Origin: an uncultured Clostridia bacterium
Lineage (GTDB): Bacteria > CAYTYR01 > UBA6262
Assembly (NCBI GenBank): GCA_964441745.1
Contig: CAYTYR010000004.1
Coordinates: forward strand, 1 to 64,000
Length of the DNA: 64,000 nucleotides
Direction of reading: 5' to 3'
Shown: positions 40,010-50,405 of the stretch, in pieces
Layout of the letters: each line of letters opens with the position of its first letter
Position numbering within the stretch: the stretch's first letter is position 1
The notes under the pieces: model-generated
What the model was told of the DNA's origin: nothing
What the model saw: the letters and a program-made list of their open reading frames with translations, nothing else
Database searches by the model: none
Translations under genes and position numbers: made by a program

Positions 40010-43000
40010 TTGCCTAAAAAAATATTTTCAGGTTTAGTATTTATTTTATTTATGGCTTTCCAGGTTAGTATGGGATTGGCTTTTGTGACTGAAACAGTGA
40101 CCACTGATAATACCAGTACTGTCAGTGTTCCCGCTATTGCCGTAGATGGTACCTATGCTTATGCGGTTTGGCAGGAGCGAGGCAGTGATGGTTATACCCA
40201 TATTTATTATAAAAGGAAAAGTCTGGCTGGTTCTTGGGCAGACAGTACCAAGGAACTGGTATCCAGCGAGCAATTAAGCGGCAATGCCCGCAATCCCAAG
40301 ATTGCAGTTGACAGCGCTTATGTCTATGTGACCTGGGAAGATGACTACCAATATACAACCGGGAGTATCAACTCGAAAATAGTTTATAAGAGAAAAACTA
40401 TAACTGGTTCCTGGCCGGCAGCTACTGAAGTGGTTTCTACGGAAAGCACTGAGGATGCCAGAAATCCGCAAATCGCCCTGGATGCCACCTATATTCATAT
40501 CACCTGGGACAGTCCCGCCAATATCAGCGGCAGCGGCACTGACCGGGACATTTGCTACAAGAGAAAACCCTTAGCTGATACTGTCTGGCCTACATCCACT
40601 GAGATCGTTTCTACCGAAAGTTCATATGATTCCAAAAAACCGGTCATCGCTCTTGATACTAATAACGTCTATATTGCCTGGTATGATGAGAATACTGATA
40701 CTGGCGGAGCTGATATCCTCTTTAAAAAGACAGAGCTGGGCAGTACCTGGCTCGCCTCTACTGAAACTATTTACCATGACACGAATCTCCCACCGGTCAA
40801 CTGGGCTGATGCCCCGACTATTTCCCTGGCCGTGGCAGCCAATACCATCCATGTGGCATGGCGTTATGGGATACCAAATGTCACAATTTACCGGATCGCT
40901 TATAAAAAGAAAACAGTTTCCGGCACCTGGCCGTCCGATATAGAAGTGGTATCAACTGAATCAACCGGTACTGGTCTTACTCCCTGCCTGGCGGTTGACG
41001 ATACCAATGTTTATGTGGTTTGGGCAGACAGCAGTAATTATAATGACGCTGGTTCTAATTCGCATATTTTCTTCAAAAAGAAAGCGGTAAGCGCTGCTGG
41101 CTGGGGGACAGATACAGAAAATATCTCTGCCGAAAGCGCTGGAAACGCGACTAACCCGCGTCTAGCCCTTAATGCCGGAATTTTTTATTTAATCTGGGAA
41201 GACACTTCTGAACTTGGTTATGGCGATGATGTCAACCACATCGTTTATCGTGCACTGGCCAGTAATCCGCCCAGGATTGAGGTTACCTCTCCTAATGGCG
41301 GAGAATCATTGAGCGGTACGGTCAATATTACGGCTACAGCTTCTGATACTGATTCAAGTATCAGCAGTGTTTATTTCTATTACACCAACAATGAGGGCGT
41401 TACTGCTACTCTCATTGGAGCGGATACCAGCTCTCCTTATAGTTATAGTTGGGATACCACTAAAATAACAACCAGCGGCAATTATAAGATCAAAGCTGTG
41501 GTCACTAGTGCCGATAATGGACAGGGAACTGATCTTTCTGACGAGGCTTTTTATGTGAATAAATATGCTGATGATACCACTTTCAACAGATATACCTTTG
41601 TCACCGATGCGTCAGCTACCTGCTATAAGGGCAGTTCGGCTAGCTTGCCGCTGACGACCGAAGCTAATGAGGGTACCCAGGTCACTGATACCAGCAAATT
41701 GCAAAATTCTGACGAGACATATGAATCGGCAACTGAAACTACCGCCGCTTATCTGTATATGAAATTCAATTTCAAGATTACGGATATCGTAGCTGATATC
41801 AAGTATTTCCGGGTCTATTGGCAAGGTTATGCCAGCACTCCGTTCAGTGGCGTATATCTTTATTTTTGGAATAAGACCTTGGGCCGGTACGACCGTATTG
41901 ATGGTTATAGTTACGACGCGTCTAACGCCGGGGTTCATGAGTTGGATAATAAAATAGACCTGGCAGCAGTTACGATTGCTGATTACATTAAAACTGACGG
42001 GACCATACAGGTTCTCGTGGAAACTACGGCCAATGGCAGCGGCTTGGGATCGGCGCCTTTAGGCATATATACGGATTATATCAGGCTGGATGTTTCCTCT
42101 GATAAGACCCCGCCGGCGGCGGTCACCAACCTGCAAGCGTCACCTGGCACAAGAAGGGGAGAACTGGTCCTGACCTGGACTGCTCCGGGAGATGATGGTA
42201 ATCTGCGCACAGCGACAGATTATTTAGTACAATATGGTACTTCTGCTTTTAGCGGGACAGAATGGGGCGCAAGTTATCTGGCCAGCATTCCCAGTACCAC
42301 ACTACCTGTTCCTCAGGAAGCAGGCAATACAGAAACATACACCTTGACCGGCCTGACCCCGGATGTGAGGTACTGGTTTGGAATAAAAACCGAGGATGAG
42401 GTCCCGAATACCAGCCTGATTGACAGTACCAGCCCGCAAGCCAACTCCTTGCCTAAGGGCAATACTTTGCCAGTAGTCACGATGTCGGCTATTACCACTA
42501 TCCAGACTGGAAATGTTAGTGTCAATTATACGCTGTCTGATTTTGATGCCGATACCTGTACTATTAATGTATCCTACAGTCTTGATGGCGGAATTACTTT
42601 TGCCAGCGCTACTAAAGGCAGTGGGGGAAATAACCTGACTGGATTAACGACAAATTCATCCGCCGCCAGTTATACATTTGTCTGGGATTCCCTAACTGAT
42701 ATCGGTACAGACTATAGTGAAACAGCGCAAATCCGTATTAGCGCCAATGACGGATATGGCACAGGCAGTGCCGTCTCCACCGGTAATTTCACTATAGATA
42801 ACCTGAGTAATTTGGATTCTATCACCGGTGATTTCTCCTATCCTAATCCCTATAAGCCGAAACTTGGTCTCTTGACTATCCGTTATATATTAAATGAGGA
42901 TAAAGGAGTAACAATTTCCATTTATAATATATATGGCGAATTAATGAAAGAAACAAACTATGATGCGGGGAATACTGGCGGGTCTAAAGGAGTAAATAAG

Positions 43001-43114
43001 GTTACCTGGAATGGCAAGAATGCTGATAACGAAGCAGTAGCCAGCGGTATCTACCTGGTCTATATCAAGGCTGACGGTTTTGAGAAAACCAGCAAGATCG
43101 CACTGATAAAATAG
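40010..43114 (+). CDS. Large secreted protein: 7-repeat beta-propeller, Ig/Big, FN3 and C-terminal FlgD-Ig/T9SS-like domain
   Basis: Signal peptide; seven P.IA(V/L)D..V.W..I.YK.K repeats; PYSYSWDTT; LTWTAPGDDG; YPNPY...WNGKN...VASGIYL. Confidence 0.8.
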   Translation: MPKKIFSGLVFILFMAFQVSMGLAFVTETVTTDNTSTVSVPAIAVDGTYAYAVWQERGSDGYTHIYYKRKSLAGSWADSTKELVSSEQLSGNARNPKIAVDSAYVYVTWEDDYQYTTGSINSKIVYKRKTITGSWPAATEVVSTESTEDARNPQIALDATYIHITWDSPANISGSGTDRDICYKRKPLADTVWPTSTEIVSTESSYDSKKPVIALDTNNVYIAWYDENTDTGGADILFKKTELGSTWLASTETIYHDTNLPPVNWADAPTISLAVAANTIHVAWRYGIPNVTIYRIAYKKKTVSGTWPSDIEVVSTESTGTGLTPCLAVDDTNVYVVWADSSNYNDAGSNSHIFFKKKAVSAAGWGTDTENISAESAGNATNPRLALNAGIFYLIWEDTSELGYGDDVNHIVYRALASNPPRIEVTSPNGGESLSGTVNITATASDTDSSISSVYFYYTNNEGVTATLIGADTSSPYSYSWDTTKITTSGNYKIKAVVTSADNGQGTDLSDEAFYVNKYADDTTFNRYTFVTDASATCYKGSSASLPLTTEANEGTQVTDTSKLQNSDETYESATETTAAYLYMKFNFKITDIVADIKYFRVYWQGYASTPFSGVYLYFWNKTLGRYDRIDGYSYDASNAGVHELDNKIDLAAVTIADYIKTDGTIQVLVETTANGSGLGSAPLGIYTDYIRLDVSSDKTPPAAVTNLQASPGTRRGELVLTWTAPGDDGNLRTATDYLVQYGTSAFSGTEWGASYLASIPSTTLPVPQEAGNTETYTLTGLTPDVRYWFGIKTEDEVPNTSLIDSTSPQANSLPKGNTLPVVTMSAITTIQTGNVSVNYTLSDFDADTCTINVSYSLDGGITFASATKGSGGNNLTGLTTNSSAASYTFVWDSLTDIGTDYSETAQIRISANDGYGTGSAVSTGNFTIDNLSNLDSITGDFSYPNPYKPKLGLLTIRYILNEDKGVTISIYNIYGELMKETNYDAGNTGGSKGVNKVTWNGKNADNEAVASGIYLVYIKADGFEKTSKIALIK

Positions 43115-43184
43115 TAGTTGACAGAATCTGGATTATATGGAACTTTTATAAGGGGAGAACTATATATTTAATGGGGTGGTCAAT

Positions 43185-46100
43185 ATGAAAAAGCCGCGCA
43201 TCGCCGGTATGTGCCCGGGTCCAATAATTAAAATAATTCATCTTTTGGTCTTGGCAGTAGTTTTTATTACTGCCATTTTTGTTGGTTCAGCGCAGGCTGT
43301 CAATTACTATGTCAGTACTGCCGGTAATGATGGTAACGCTGGTACTACCTGGGCGACTGCGTTCAGGAGCCTGCAGCGGGCGGCCAATGCTGCTACTGCG
43401 GCCGGAGATGTGATCACTGTCGCAGACGGTACTTATTCTTATTGGGATAATTCCGCCTTGTGTAACACTGCTCGCGCGCTAACCGGTGATAATTATATGG
43501 CTGTCTGCATGCTGTTTTACAGTGGAATTACCTTAAGAGCCCAGAATCGCGGCTTGGCCAGGATCATTGGTTCTAATGAAAGTTTCGGCGGCAATGTTTG
43601 TTCTGGTATCCAGATTTGGGGCGGAGCACCATACAATCAGGGATGTAATATTACCATCGACGGCTTTGAGATAGACGGCCGCGACAGCGGCGGGGTCATG
43701 CGCATCCAGGATGGTATTTGCCTGAACACCAGCGCTTCTAATAATATTATTCAGTATAATAATGTGCATAACTGCTCAAGGAACGGGATTTGCATTGGCA
43801 AAACTATCGGCGGCGGCGGAGATTATGACGCCCATGGTTATTGTAATTTTAATGCTGTCCGGTATAATACCTGTTATTCAATCAGCACGGCGGGATTGTA
43901 TGAATATGCTTCTGCCGGAAATACCGTAGAATATAATTTATTCCGTGATAATATGTCATATGGTATTGAGATCTATGCCTGTACTGCTGCCCATAACCAG
44001 TCGGTTTATCGTTATAATATTTGTTATAGTAATAACTATGGTTTGAATATTGATTATAAGAATGAAGTAGGCACTGGAGGAAATCCGACTATCGCTGGAG
44101 CGAATGCTGATACCAGGGTGGAATATTGCACTTTTGCCAACAACTCGAGAGGTTTCCGCAGCGGGGCCGGCTATGTCCTGCTCAATTATAGCATTATTGC
44201 CAATAACAGCATCAGCGGTATAGATGAAAGCGATAACGGCTGGTGGGATGGTTGCACCGATATCAAAGGTGATTATAATTGCGTTTATAATAATGGTACA
44301 AATTATTCCTCTACTTCTGTTGGCCCTACTGGTGATAGTATCCATCCGGCTGGTTTTGCTAATGACATCAATGCCGATCCACAGTTTCTGACTATCGGCA
44401 CCGGGGTCTGGGCTACGTCCTATCAATTGAGAAACAAATATACTCCGACGCGAGTTGATACCGGGCAAGGCCTGACCAGTCCCTGTATCGATCGCAGTCA
44501 AGACGCTGAAGTTGCTCCTGACCTGAGAGGTGATCTCGGAGCGCACCGTAATGCAGTTACCTCTGCTGTTAATTATATCGGGTATCCTAATCCGCCATCT
44601 GCTCTGGGTTTGCTGATTTATGTTGGCGGCGCTAATTCGTGGACCAATGTCCCATGGTTAGTCGGGTCCGCGAATTTAGAAGATCCGGTTGAACCGGATA
44701 TTGTTGAGCGGGTCCGCTATGAATTTGATGTTTCTTACGAAAAAGCATATTCAGCCGGCGGGAATATAGTTTGGGCCTTTGTTTGGAATTTATGGTCTCC
44801 GTTAGGAGGCTCTTATCCATATACCGCCAATTGGGTCTCAGCCACCTTGCCGGCTATTGCCGGCTGCGGTGAAGGCCAATTCTATTGGCGGGTGCGTTGT
44901 GAAGACAATGTAAAAGGGAATTCTGGAAATATCAGCAACTGGACATATGGAAAAGGTGTCGAGGGCGCTGATCTAGTCGCTTTTGGCATTGATGTTACTA
45001 AACCACCGGCGATAGCAGACCTGGCTGGAACTACTACTGTCGATGCCTCCAGTACGACTTTAACCTGGAAGGATATAAATGACAATCCAGCGACATGTAT
45101 CCCGGCCACGCCAGCTCCAATTAATCCGGCAACTGGCAGTCCGTACTTAAGGGAAAGCCAAGTATCTCATTATATTATCTATCGCGGTACTTTCACCGTG
45201 GCCTCTGTTGGCGGCTGGAGTACTTGGAAGGCGTTAGTAGCTGCTGGTTCTACGGCTCATCAGAGCAAAATAATTATCGAGCCGCGGGGTACTTTAGCAG
45301 CAGGTTCAGCACATCTTAAGGTTAATGCTCCTGGAGCTGGAGTTCCTTTTGTCGATGGCCAAGTAGTGGGAGATGAATTACTAGATACACAAAGTTATAC
45401 TTATGTTTTGACCAGCGTTGATTATGCTGGCAATGAATCCATACAAGGTAAAGAAATCACCATCACGCCAGGAAATATCGGTGGCGGCGGTGACCTGGAA
45501 TATATTTATGATACAGCCAATCTTATGCCGCGTATTGCTACAACGCAGGCGGGCTTGCCTGGCGGGAGCGTACTGTATTTGGATGAAGCTGTCGGCACGA
45601 GCCTTAATCAAACCGGGGCGGCTACTAATAGTAAAAATATTACCAATGAATTTTGGGTCAGGCATTATGCCAGGATTAGGATGGTCACGCCTGCAAATTA
45701 TACCGAAGAGGTAAGGTTCTACTATACAGTAGGAACATTCTCAACTTCGGTTTATACGAATGTTGCTACTGAGCCAGGTTCACCAAATTATTATGTTAAA
45801 GGTGTACTGGATACAGTTTTGACTACTGCCAGAAATGACGGCTACAAATATTTTTATGCTGATTTTCCTGTGGATATTCACGCCTGTGGTGTCGTTAATA
45901 ATAGTGCGTCACCCGATGGCGTGGTAGGGGTCAGAGTATCTGGTTGCCAGGCGAATAAAGATCCAATTACGAGTACCAACTGGATCGTAGACACTAATAA
46001 CAAATCATATACCTATTATGTCAAAAAAACCGGCAGTTGCGATGGAAATTATTCTGGGGAAAAAGATAATAATGTCAGGCCAGAAGCAACGAAACATGAT

Positions 46101-47525
46101 TGGAATGCTAGATTAACTAATCTTCCTGCCAGTCCCACATATTATTTTATGCCTGATGGGAACTCTCCCACAAATTTGGTCGGGATTGCTCCACTTAATC
46201 GCAGAATGGATCCTGTTATTCCCGATACCCGGCCAGATATTTTTTATGGGGAAATACCTGACTTATACCTGCGTTTTGCCTATCGAGACGGTGATGGGGC
46301 TAATACATCACATGTCTTGAGCTGGAAATGTGATGATTGGGCTAATACTGCCCAACATAATTCTTTTGCCAATGGCATCTGCAACTGGATCGATATCTTT
46401 GCCAGCATTGAGAGCGTGAAGGATGACCAGGCAAATAATGGTTTTGCTGGTGGTTTTACTGGTAATCCGGCTCCTGATGATTTTTTCTATGGCCATTATG
46501 GATTATTGAAAGTGAATCATGATTCAAGTCATGTAAATATTACTGATTTGGGTCTGGTCCCGGAATCAGCCAGAGTGGATTATATTTTTAAAATAATAGA
46601 CGGCTCTAAAACCCTGTATAGCTATAACGCCAGCGTGTCTTCGCATACAACTACAACCCAATCAACAGCGGAAGCTGATCCTTATACATATTATGTATTG
46701 CAGGATGATCTTTCCCGTCCAAGAGCTGTCACTCATCCGGAAAATGGACAAAGCGGTGTTTGGGCCTCTCCTGGCACCTGGTCGAGCGGCGGCACATATA
46801 CGGTCCGGATAAACATAGAAGACATAAAAGCAAATACCAATGATATATATGGTAATACTGGCTTTGGTAATGTTATTGCTGATCGCGGTAACGACAGCGG
46901 AATTTATGGCATAAATAGTACAGGGTATCCGCCGGCAACAGCCAGTGTTCCTGTGCATGCTACCAGAGTATATTACCGGTTTGCAAATGCACAAGAAGCT
47001 GATATAGATAACGATAATTATCCTGATAATGTCAACTTTATCACCGCAGTGGCCTGTGGCGATGCTGCTAATTCTCCCAATACCGCTTTTGTCGATATGG
47101 TCGGGCCAGGTGGCGCTACCGGTAACGGAATTTGGCAGGGGTCCTTCACTTTAGGGGCAGAAACACAATTTATTTATTACCGGGTATACGCCTGCAATAA
47201 TGATGCTGAACCTCAGGCTTATATTGTTACTTCTTCAAATACATTTACCAGTGTAGGAGGAGCAGCGGCAATTCTTGAGCATGGTACTACCGGGGCCGCA
47301 GTATTAGGTAATCCGAATGATCCCGCTAATCGCGATTTAGACCGCGATCATGGCTGGGTCACACCGACCAGATACGGGGGGACAATAACTGCCGCACGGA
47401 TGATCAGGATTATTTCCGAAGCAGATGTGAATGGTACGAAAAAAATAGTCGTGACCGATGTTTCGGCTGAAGATAGCCGGCCGGGGAATATTATTTCGCA
47501 CGAGATCACCAATAAAGCCCCTTAA
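43185..47525 (+). CDS. Very large secreted protein (~1446 aa): right-handed beta-helix plus FN3-like domains; candidate pilus adhesin
   Basis: Signal peptide; YYVSTAGNDGNAGT.WATAFRSLQ.A; Asn/Cys-rich beta-helix repeats; NADPQF, SPCID; YWRVRCED; YVLTSVDYAGNES. Confidence 0.75.
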   Translation: MKKPRIAGMCPGPIIKIIHLLVLAVVFITAIFVGSAQAVNYYVSTAGNDGNAGTTWATAFRSLQRAANAATAAGDVITVADGTYSYWDNSALCNTARALTGDNYMAVCMLFYSGITLRAQNRGLARIIGSNESFGGNVCSGIQIWGGAPYNQGCNITIDGFEIDGRDSGGVMRIQDGICLNTSASNNIIQYNNVHNCSRNGICIGKTIGGGGDYDAHGYCNFNAVRYNTCYSISTAGLYEYASAGNTVEYNLFRDNMSYGIEIYACTAAHNQSVYRYNICYSNNYGLNIDYKNEVGTGGNPTIAGANADTRVEYCTFANNSRGFRSGAGYVLLNYSIIANNSISGIDESDNGWWDGCTDIKGDYNCVYNNGTNYSSTSVGPTGDSIHPAGFANDINADPQFLTIGTGVWATSYQLRNKYTPTRVDTGQGLTSPCIDRSQDAEVAPDLRGDLGAHRNAVTSAVNYIGYPNPPSALGLLIYVGGANSWTNVPWLVGSANLEDPVEPDIVERVRYEFDVSYEKAYSAGGNIVWAFVWNLWSPLGGSYPYTANWVSATLPAIAGCGEGQFYWRVRCEDNVKGNSGNISNWTYGKGVEGADLVAFGIDVTKPPAIADLAGTTTVDASSTTLTWKDINDNPATCIPATPAPINPATGSPYLRESQVSHYIIYRGTFTVASVGGWSTWKALVAAGSTAHQSKIIIEPRGTLAAGSAHLKVNAPGAGVPFVDGQVVGDELLDTQSYTYVLTSVDYAGNESIQGKEITITPGNIGGGGDLEYIYDTANLMPRIATTQAGLPGGSVLYLDEAVGTSLNQTGAATNSKNITNEFWVRHYARIRMVTPANYTEEVRFYYTVGTFSTSVYTNVATEPGSPNYYVKGVLDTVLTTARNDGYKYFYADFPVDIHACGVVNNSASPDGVVGVRVSGCQANKDPITSTNWIVDTNNKSYTYYVKKTGSCDGNYSGEKDNNVRPEATKHDWNARLTNLPASPTYYFMPDGNSPTNLVGIAPLNRRMDPVIPDTRPDIFYGEIPDLYLRFAYRDGDGANTSHVLSWKCDDWANTAQHNSFANGICNWIDIFASIESVKDDQANNGFAGGFTGNPAPDDFFYGHYGLLKVNHDSSHVNITDLGLVPESARVDYIFKIIDGSKTLYSYNASVSSHTTTTQSTAEADPYTYYVLQDDLSRPRAVTHPENGQSGVWASPGTWSSGGTYTVRINIEDIKANTNDIYGNTGFGNVIADRGNDSGIYGINSTGYPPATASVPVHATRVYYRFANAQEADIDNDNYPDNVNFITAVACGDAANSPNTAFVDMVGPGGATGNGIWQGSFTLGAETQFIYYRVYACNNDAEPQAYIVTSSNTFTSVGGAAAILEHGTTGAAVLGNPNDPANRDLDRDHGWVTPTRYGGTITAARMIRIISEADVNGTKKIVVTDVSAEDSRPGNIISHEITNKAP

Positions 47526-47667
47526 CCATAATTCTCGTCTGGTATAACATTTTTATTGACGGAGAATCATGATTTGTTGCGTAATTTGAAAAATAAATCT
47601 TGACAATAAAAAGCCATTATGTTAAATAATAATTAAGAAAGGTGGTCGAAAAGGAGATACAATACAT

Positions 47668-48744
47668 ATGAAAAATTTGAAACCCAGTTTTGACGCAGTA
47701 GGTATTGACATCGGAACACATTCCATCAAGATAGCCTACCTCAAGAACGATACCCTCACCAAGTTAGGCTTACGCGAAATCAGTCCCGACACTGCTCTAA
47801 CCACCATGCCCGCCGAAGAGAAAGACAAACTCATCAGTAACGTCCTTAAGCAAATAATCACCGAAAACCAGGTAAATATTAAGAAGGCCATCATTTCCCT
47901 CAGCGGAGATGCAGTAGTGGTCCGTTATATCATTTTGCCGAAGATGTCGCAGAAAGACCTGGAAACCACCATTAAGTTTGAAGCTGAACCTTATATTTCC
48001 TTCCCTCTTGACCAGGCTCAGCTGGATTTCCAGATACTAGGTGACAACGAGGAAGAAGAGACCAAGCGGATGGATGTATTGCTAGTCGCCGGCAAAAAAG
48101 ATATCATTGACCGCCAGGTCAGTATTGTCAAGGGTGTCGGCCTACGTCCGGTGCTCATTGATGTCGATTCTTTTGCCCTGGAAAATCTTTATGACTACAA
48201 TATGGGCGAAGACACAAATACCGGCAGTGTGGTCCTTTTGAACATCGGCGCTACATTTACCAATATTAATATTATTGAGAATGGCATCTCCCGTTTTACC
48301 CGCGATGTATCTATCGCCGGGAATAACTTGACAAAAGCTTTACAGCGGGATTTGCGGCTGGATTATTTAAAGGCCGAGGAACTAAAGAAAAACAAGGCTG
48401 TTATACTCGGTGAAGATGAAGAAGGAGACAAGGAATCAGAACAAATCTCCGATATCATCAAACCGGTGTTCCATGAATTACTGGGAGAAATCCGCCGCTC
48501 CCTGGATTATTACCAGGCCCAGTCCAGTGAACGTTCCCTGAAAAAGATCATCTTGAGCGGCGGTACAGCCAAGATCAAAGGTATCGAGAAGTTCATTACC
48601 CAGGAAACCAAGTTGCCGGTCGAAAGGATAAATCCTTTTGAAAAAGCCAAGGTAAACCTGAAAAATATGACGGCTGAACAACTGGATGAAATGCAGCCGC
48701 TCTTTTCCGTAAGTATGGGCCTGGCTCTTAGGGTCAGAAGCTAA
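47668..48744 (+). CDS. pilM: Type IV pilus assembly protein PilM
   Basis: VGIDIGTHSIK, LNIGA..TN, EIRRSLDYY, LSGG.A, GLALR. Confidence 0.95.
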   Translation: MKNLKPSFDAVGIDIGTHSIKIAYLKNDTLTKLGLREISPDTALTTMPAEEKDKLISNVLKQIITENQVNIKKAIISLSGDAVVVRYIILPKMSQKDLETTIKFEAEPYISFPLDQAQLDFQILGDNEEEETKRMDVLLVAGKKDIIDRQVSIVKGVGLRPVLIDVDSFALENLYDYNMGEDTNTGSVVLLNIGATFTNINIIENGISRFTRDVSIAGNNLTKALQRDLRLDYLKAEELKKNKAVILGEDEEGDKESEQISDIIKPVFHELLGEIRRSLDYYQAQSSERSLKKIILSGGTAKIKGIEKFITQETKLPVERINPFEKAKVNLKNMTAEQLDEMQPLFSVSMGLALRVRS

Positions 48745-48767
48745 TAAAATGAGGTGAGAGACAATCT

Positions 48768-49325
48768 ATGATCAAAATTAACTTATTGCCGCGGGACATG
48801 CAGCGAGAAGAAGGGAATAAAAAACAGCAGCAGATCGCTGTTTTGAGCATTATTTTGGTGGCCTGTCTGCTCTTGGTATGGTTTGTCAGCATGAAAACCA
48901 GCCTCATCAAGAAGCAGAAAGAACTGAAAACGGCAGAAGAAGAGTTAGAGAAGGTCCGGGTGTTGGTAGAAGCAGTGGAAAAAAAGAAACAGCAGAAAGA
49001 TGCTCTTGACCGCAAGTGGGGTATTGTGGAAAAACTGCTGCAAGGCAGATTTAAATGGGCGATGATCATGGATGAAATGCAAAAAAGCCTGCCCAAGAAC
49101 ATCTGGCTTACCAGTTTGTCGGGCGCTAAAAATGAGGCTGGCAATTTAATCAATATCAATGGTATGTCTTTTGACCATTTTGCGATCGCTGATTTTATCA
49201 CTACCCTGGAAGACAATGAATATTTTGAAAATGTGGAGCTAACCAGTATCACGGAAGCTGCCGCCGCCGATAAAGGCGGACGCGCCACTTATAGTTTTAA
49301 TGTTACGATGACCAGTAAACTATGA
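48768..49325 (+). CDS. pilN: Type IV pilus assembly protein PilN
   Basis: MIKINLLP, TM, coiled coil, P.NIWLTSL. Confidence 0.93.
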   Translation: MIKINLLPRDMQREEGNKKQQQIAVLSIILVACLLLVWFVSMKTSLIKKQKELKTAEEELEKVRVLVEAVEKKKQQKDALDRKWGIVEKLLQGRFKWAMIMDEMQKSLPKNIWLTSLSGAKNEAGNLININGMSFDHFAIADFITTLEDNEYFENVELTSITEAAAADKGGRATYSFNVTMTSKL

Positions 49326-49358
49326 ACCAATGCCAGCGGGTAAAAGGAGGATGAACTG

Positions 49359-49931
49359 GTGAAAATTGGAGATAAGAAAAATTCAAAACAGCAGCAAGTA
49401 TGGATTATGGCGGTCGTGGTCAACATCGTTTTAGTATTTTTATTTTTTAATTTTGTCCGGAGTAACCTGAATGCCGAGATCCAGACAGTTGATACCAAGC
49501 TGAAAGAAGTGAAAGCCAAATTGGAAGAAGCTAATTCCATCGCCGATAAAAAGGAAATTATTGATAAGGAATTAGCGGTTTTGGAAAAGAAACTTTCGTC
49601 TATGAGCAAAATGCTGCCGCAGAATAAAGAGATCCCCAAGTTCTTAAAGACCATCATTTCCCGGGCTAATGATAATAGTGTCCGTGTCGTGACCTTCACG
49701 CCGAGCGCCATAGTGCCCCGCGAATTTTATAATGAAGTGCCGGTCAGCGTCAACATCAGGAGTTCCTTCAATAACCTGGGGCAATTTTTTACCAAAATTG
49801 GTAATCTAGACAGAATTGTAAATGTTGAGAATGTGCAGCTGGCCGCCACTCCCACAGAAAAATCCAGGGAAACAATCAGCGCTGCTTTTACCATTAAAAC
49901 ATTTACGTATACTGAAGGCGGTGGAAACTAA
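49359..49931 (+). CDS. pilO: Type IV pilus assembly protein PilO
   Basis: TM, coiled coil, LPQNKEIP, FYNEVPV, RIVNV. Confidence 0.92.
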   Translation: MKIGDKKNSKQQQVWIMAVVVNIVLVFLFFNFVRSNLNAEIQTVDTKLKEVKAKLEEANSIADKKEIIDKELAVLEKKLSSMSKMLPQNKEIPKFLKTIISRANDNSVRVVTFTPSAIVPREFYNEVPVSVNIRSSFNNLGQFFTKIGNLDRIVNVENVQLAATPTEKSRETISAAFTIKTFTYTEGGGN

Positions 49932-50401
49932 TGAGAAAATATAATGTTATCATATTGCTGACCACTCTCCTCCTGGCTCTTACCGGACAGTTGGTTTTCG
50001 CAGCTCCACAGGTAACAGAACAATCTATCAGTGAAGAAGCAAAAAGCGAAATAGGTCCAGGCTATGTCTACAAGCACGGTAACCTCAGGGATCCTTTTGT
50101 GCCGCTGATCGGGAAAGCTGCCGGCGGAGAAGCGGCTATGAGGACAGGCAAAAGCGGCGTAGCGGCAGAAATCGATATTAAGGAACTGGCCCTGAAGGGA
50201 TATGTTTTCAGCCAGGCCCGCAAGCATGCTTTATTTAAATCTTCTGACGGCCGGACTTTTGTTTTGGACCAGGGCAAATTACTTGATGACCGCGGTTTGA
50301 CCGTGCCCGGTGTCGCCGGTATAGTAAAAGCAGATAAAGTAGTGTTAATCACCAAGAAAAACCTGATTAGAGAGTTTAAATTAAGAGAGGAGAGTGAATA
50401 G
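49931..50401 (+). CDS. pilP: PilP-like protein
   Basis: Y.Y...RDPFVPL motif; lies between pilO and pilQ; no lipobox Cys. Confidence 0.78.
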   Translation: MRKYNVIILLTTLLLALTGQLVFAAPQVTEQSISEEAKSEIGPGYVYKHGNLRDPFVPLIGKAAGGEAAMRTGKSGVAAEIDIKELALKGYVFSQARKHALFKSSDGRTFVLDQGKLLDDRGLTVPGVAGIVKADKVVLITKKNLIREFKLREESE

Positions 50402-50405
50402 TATA

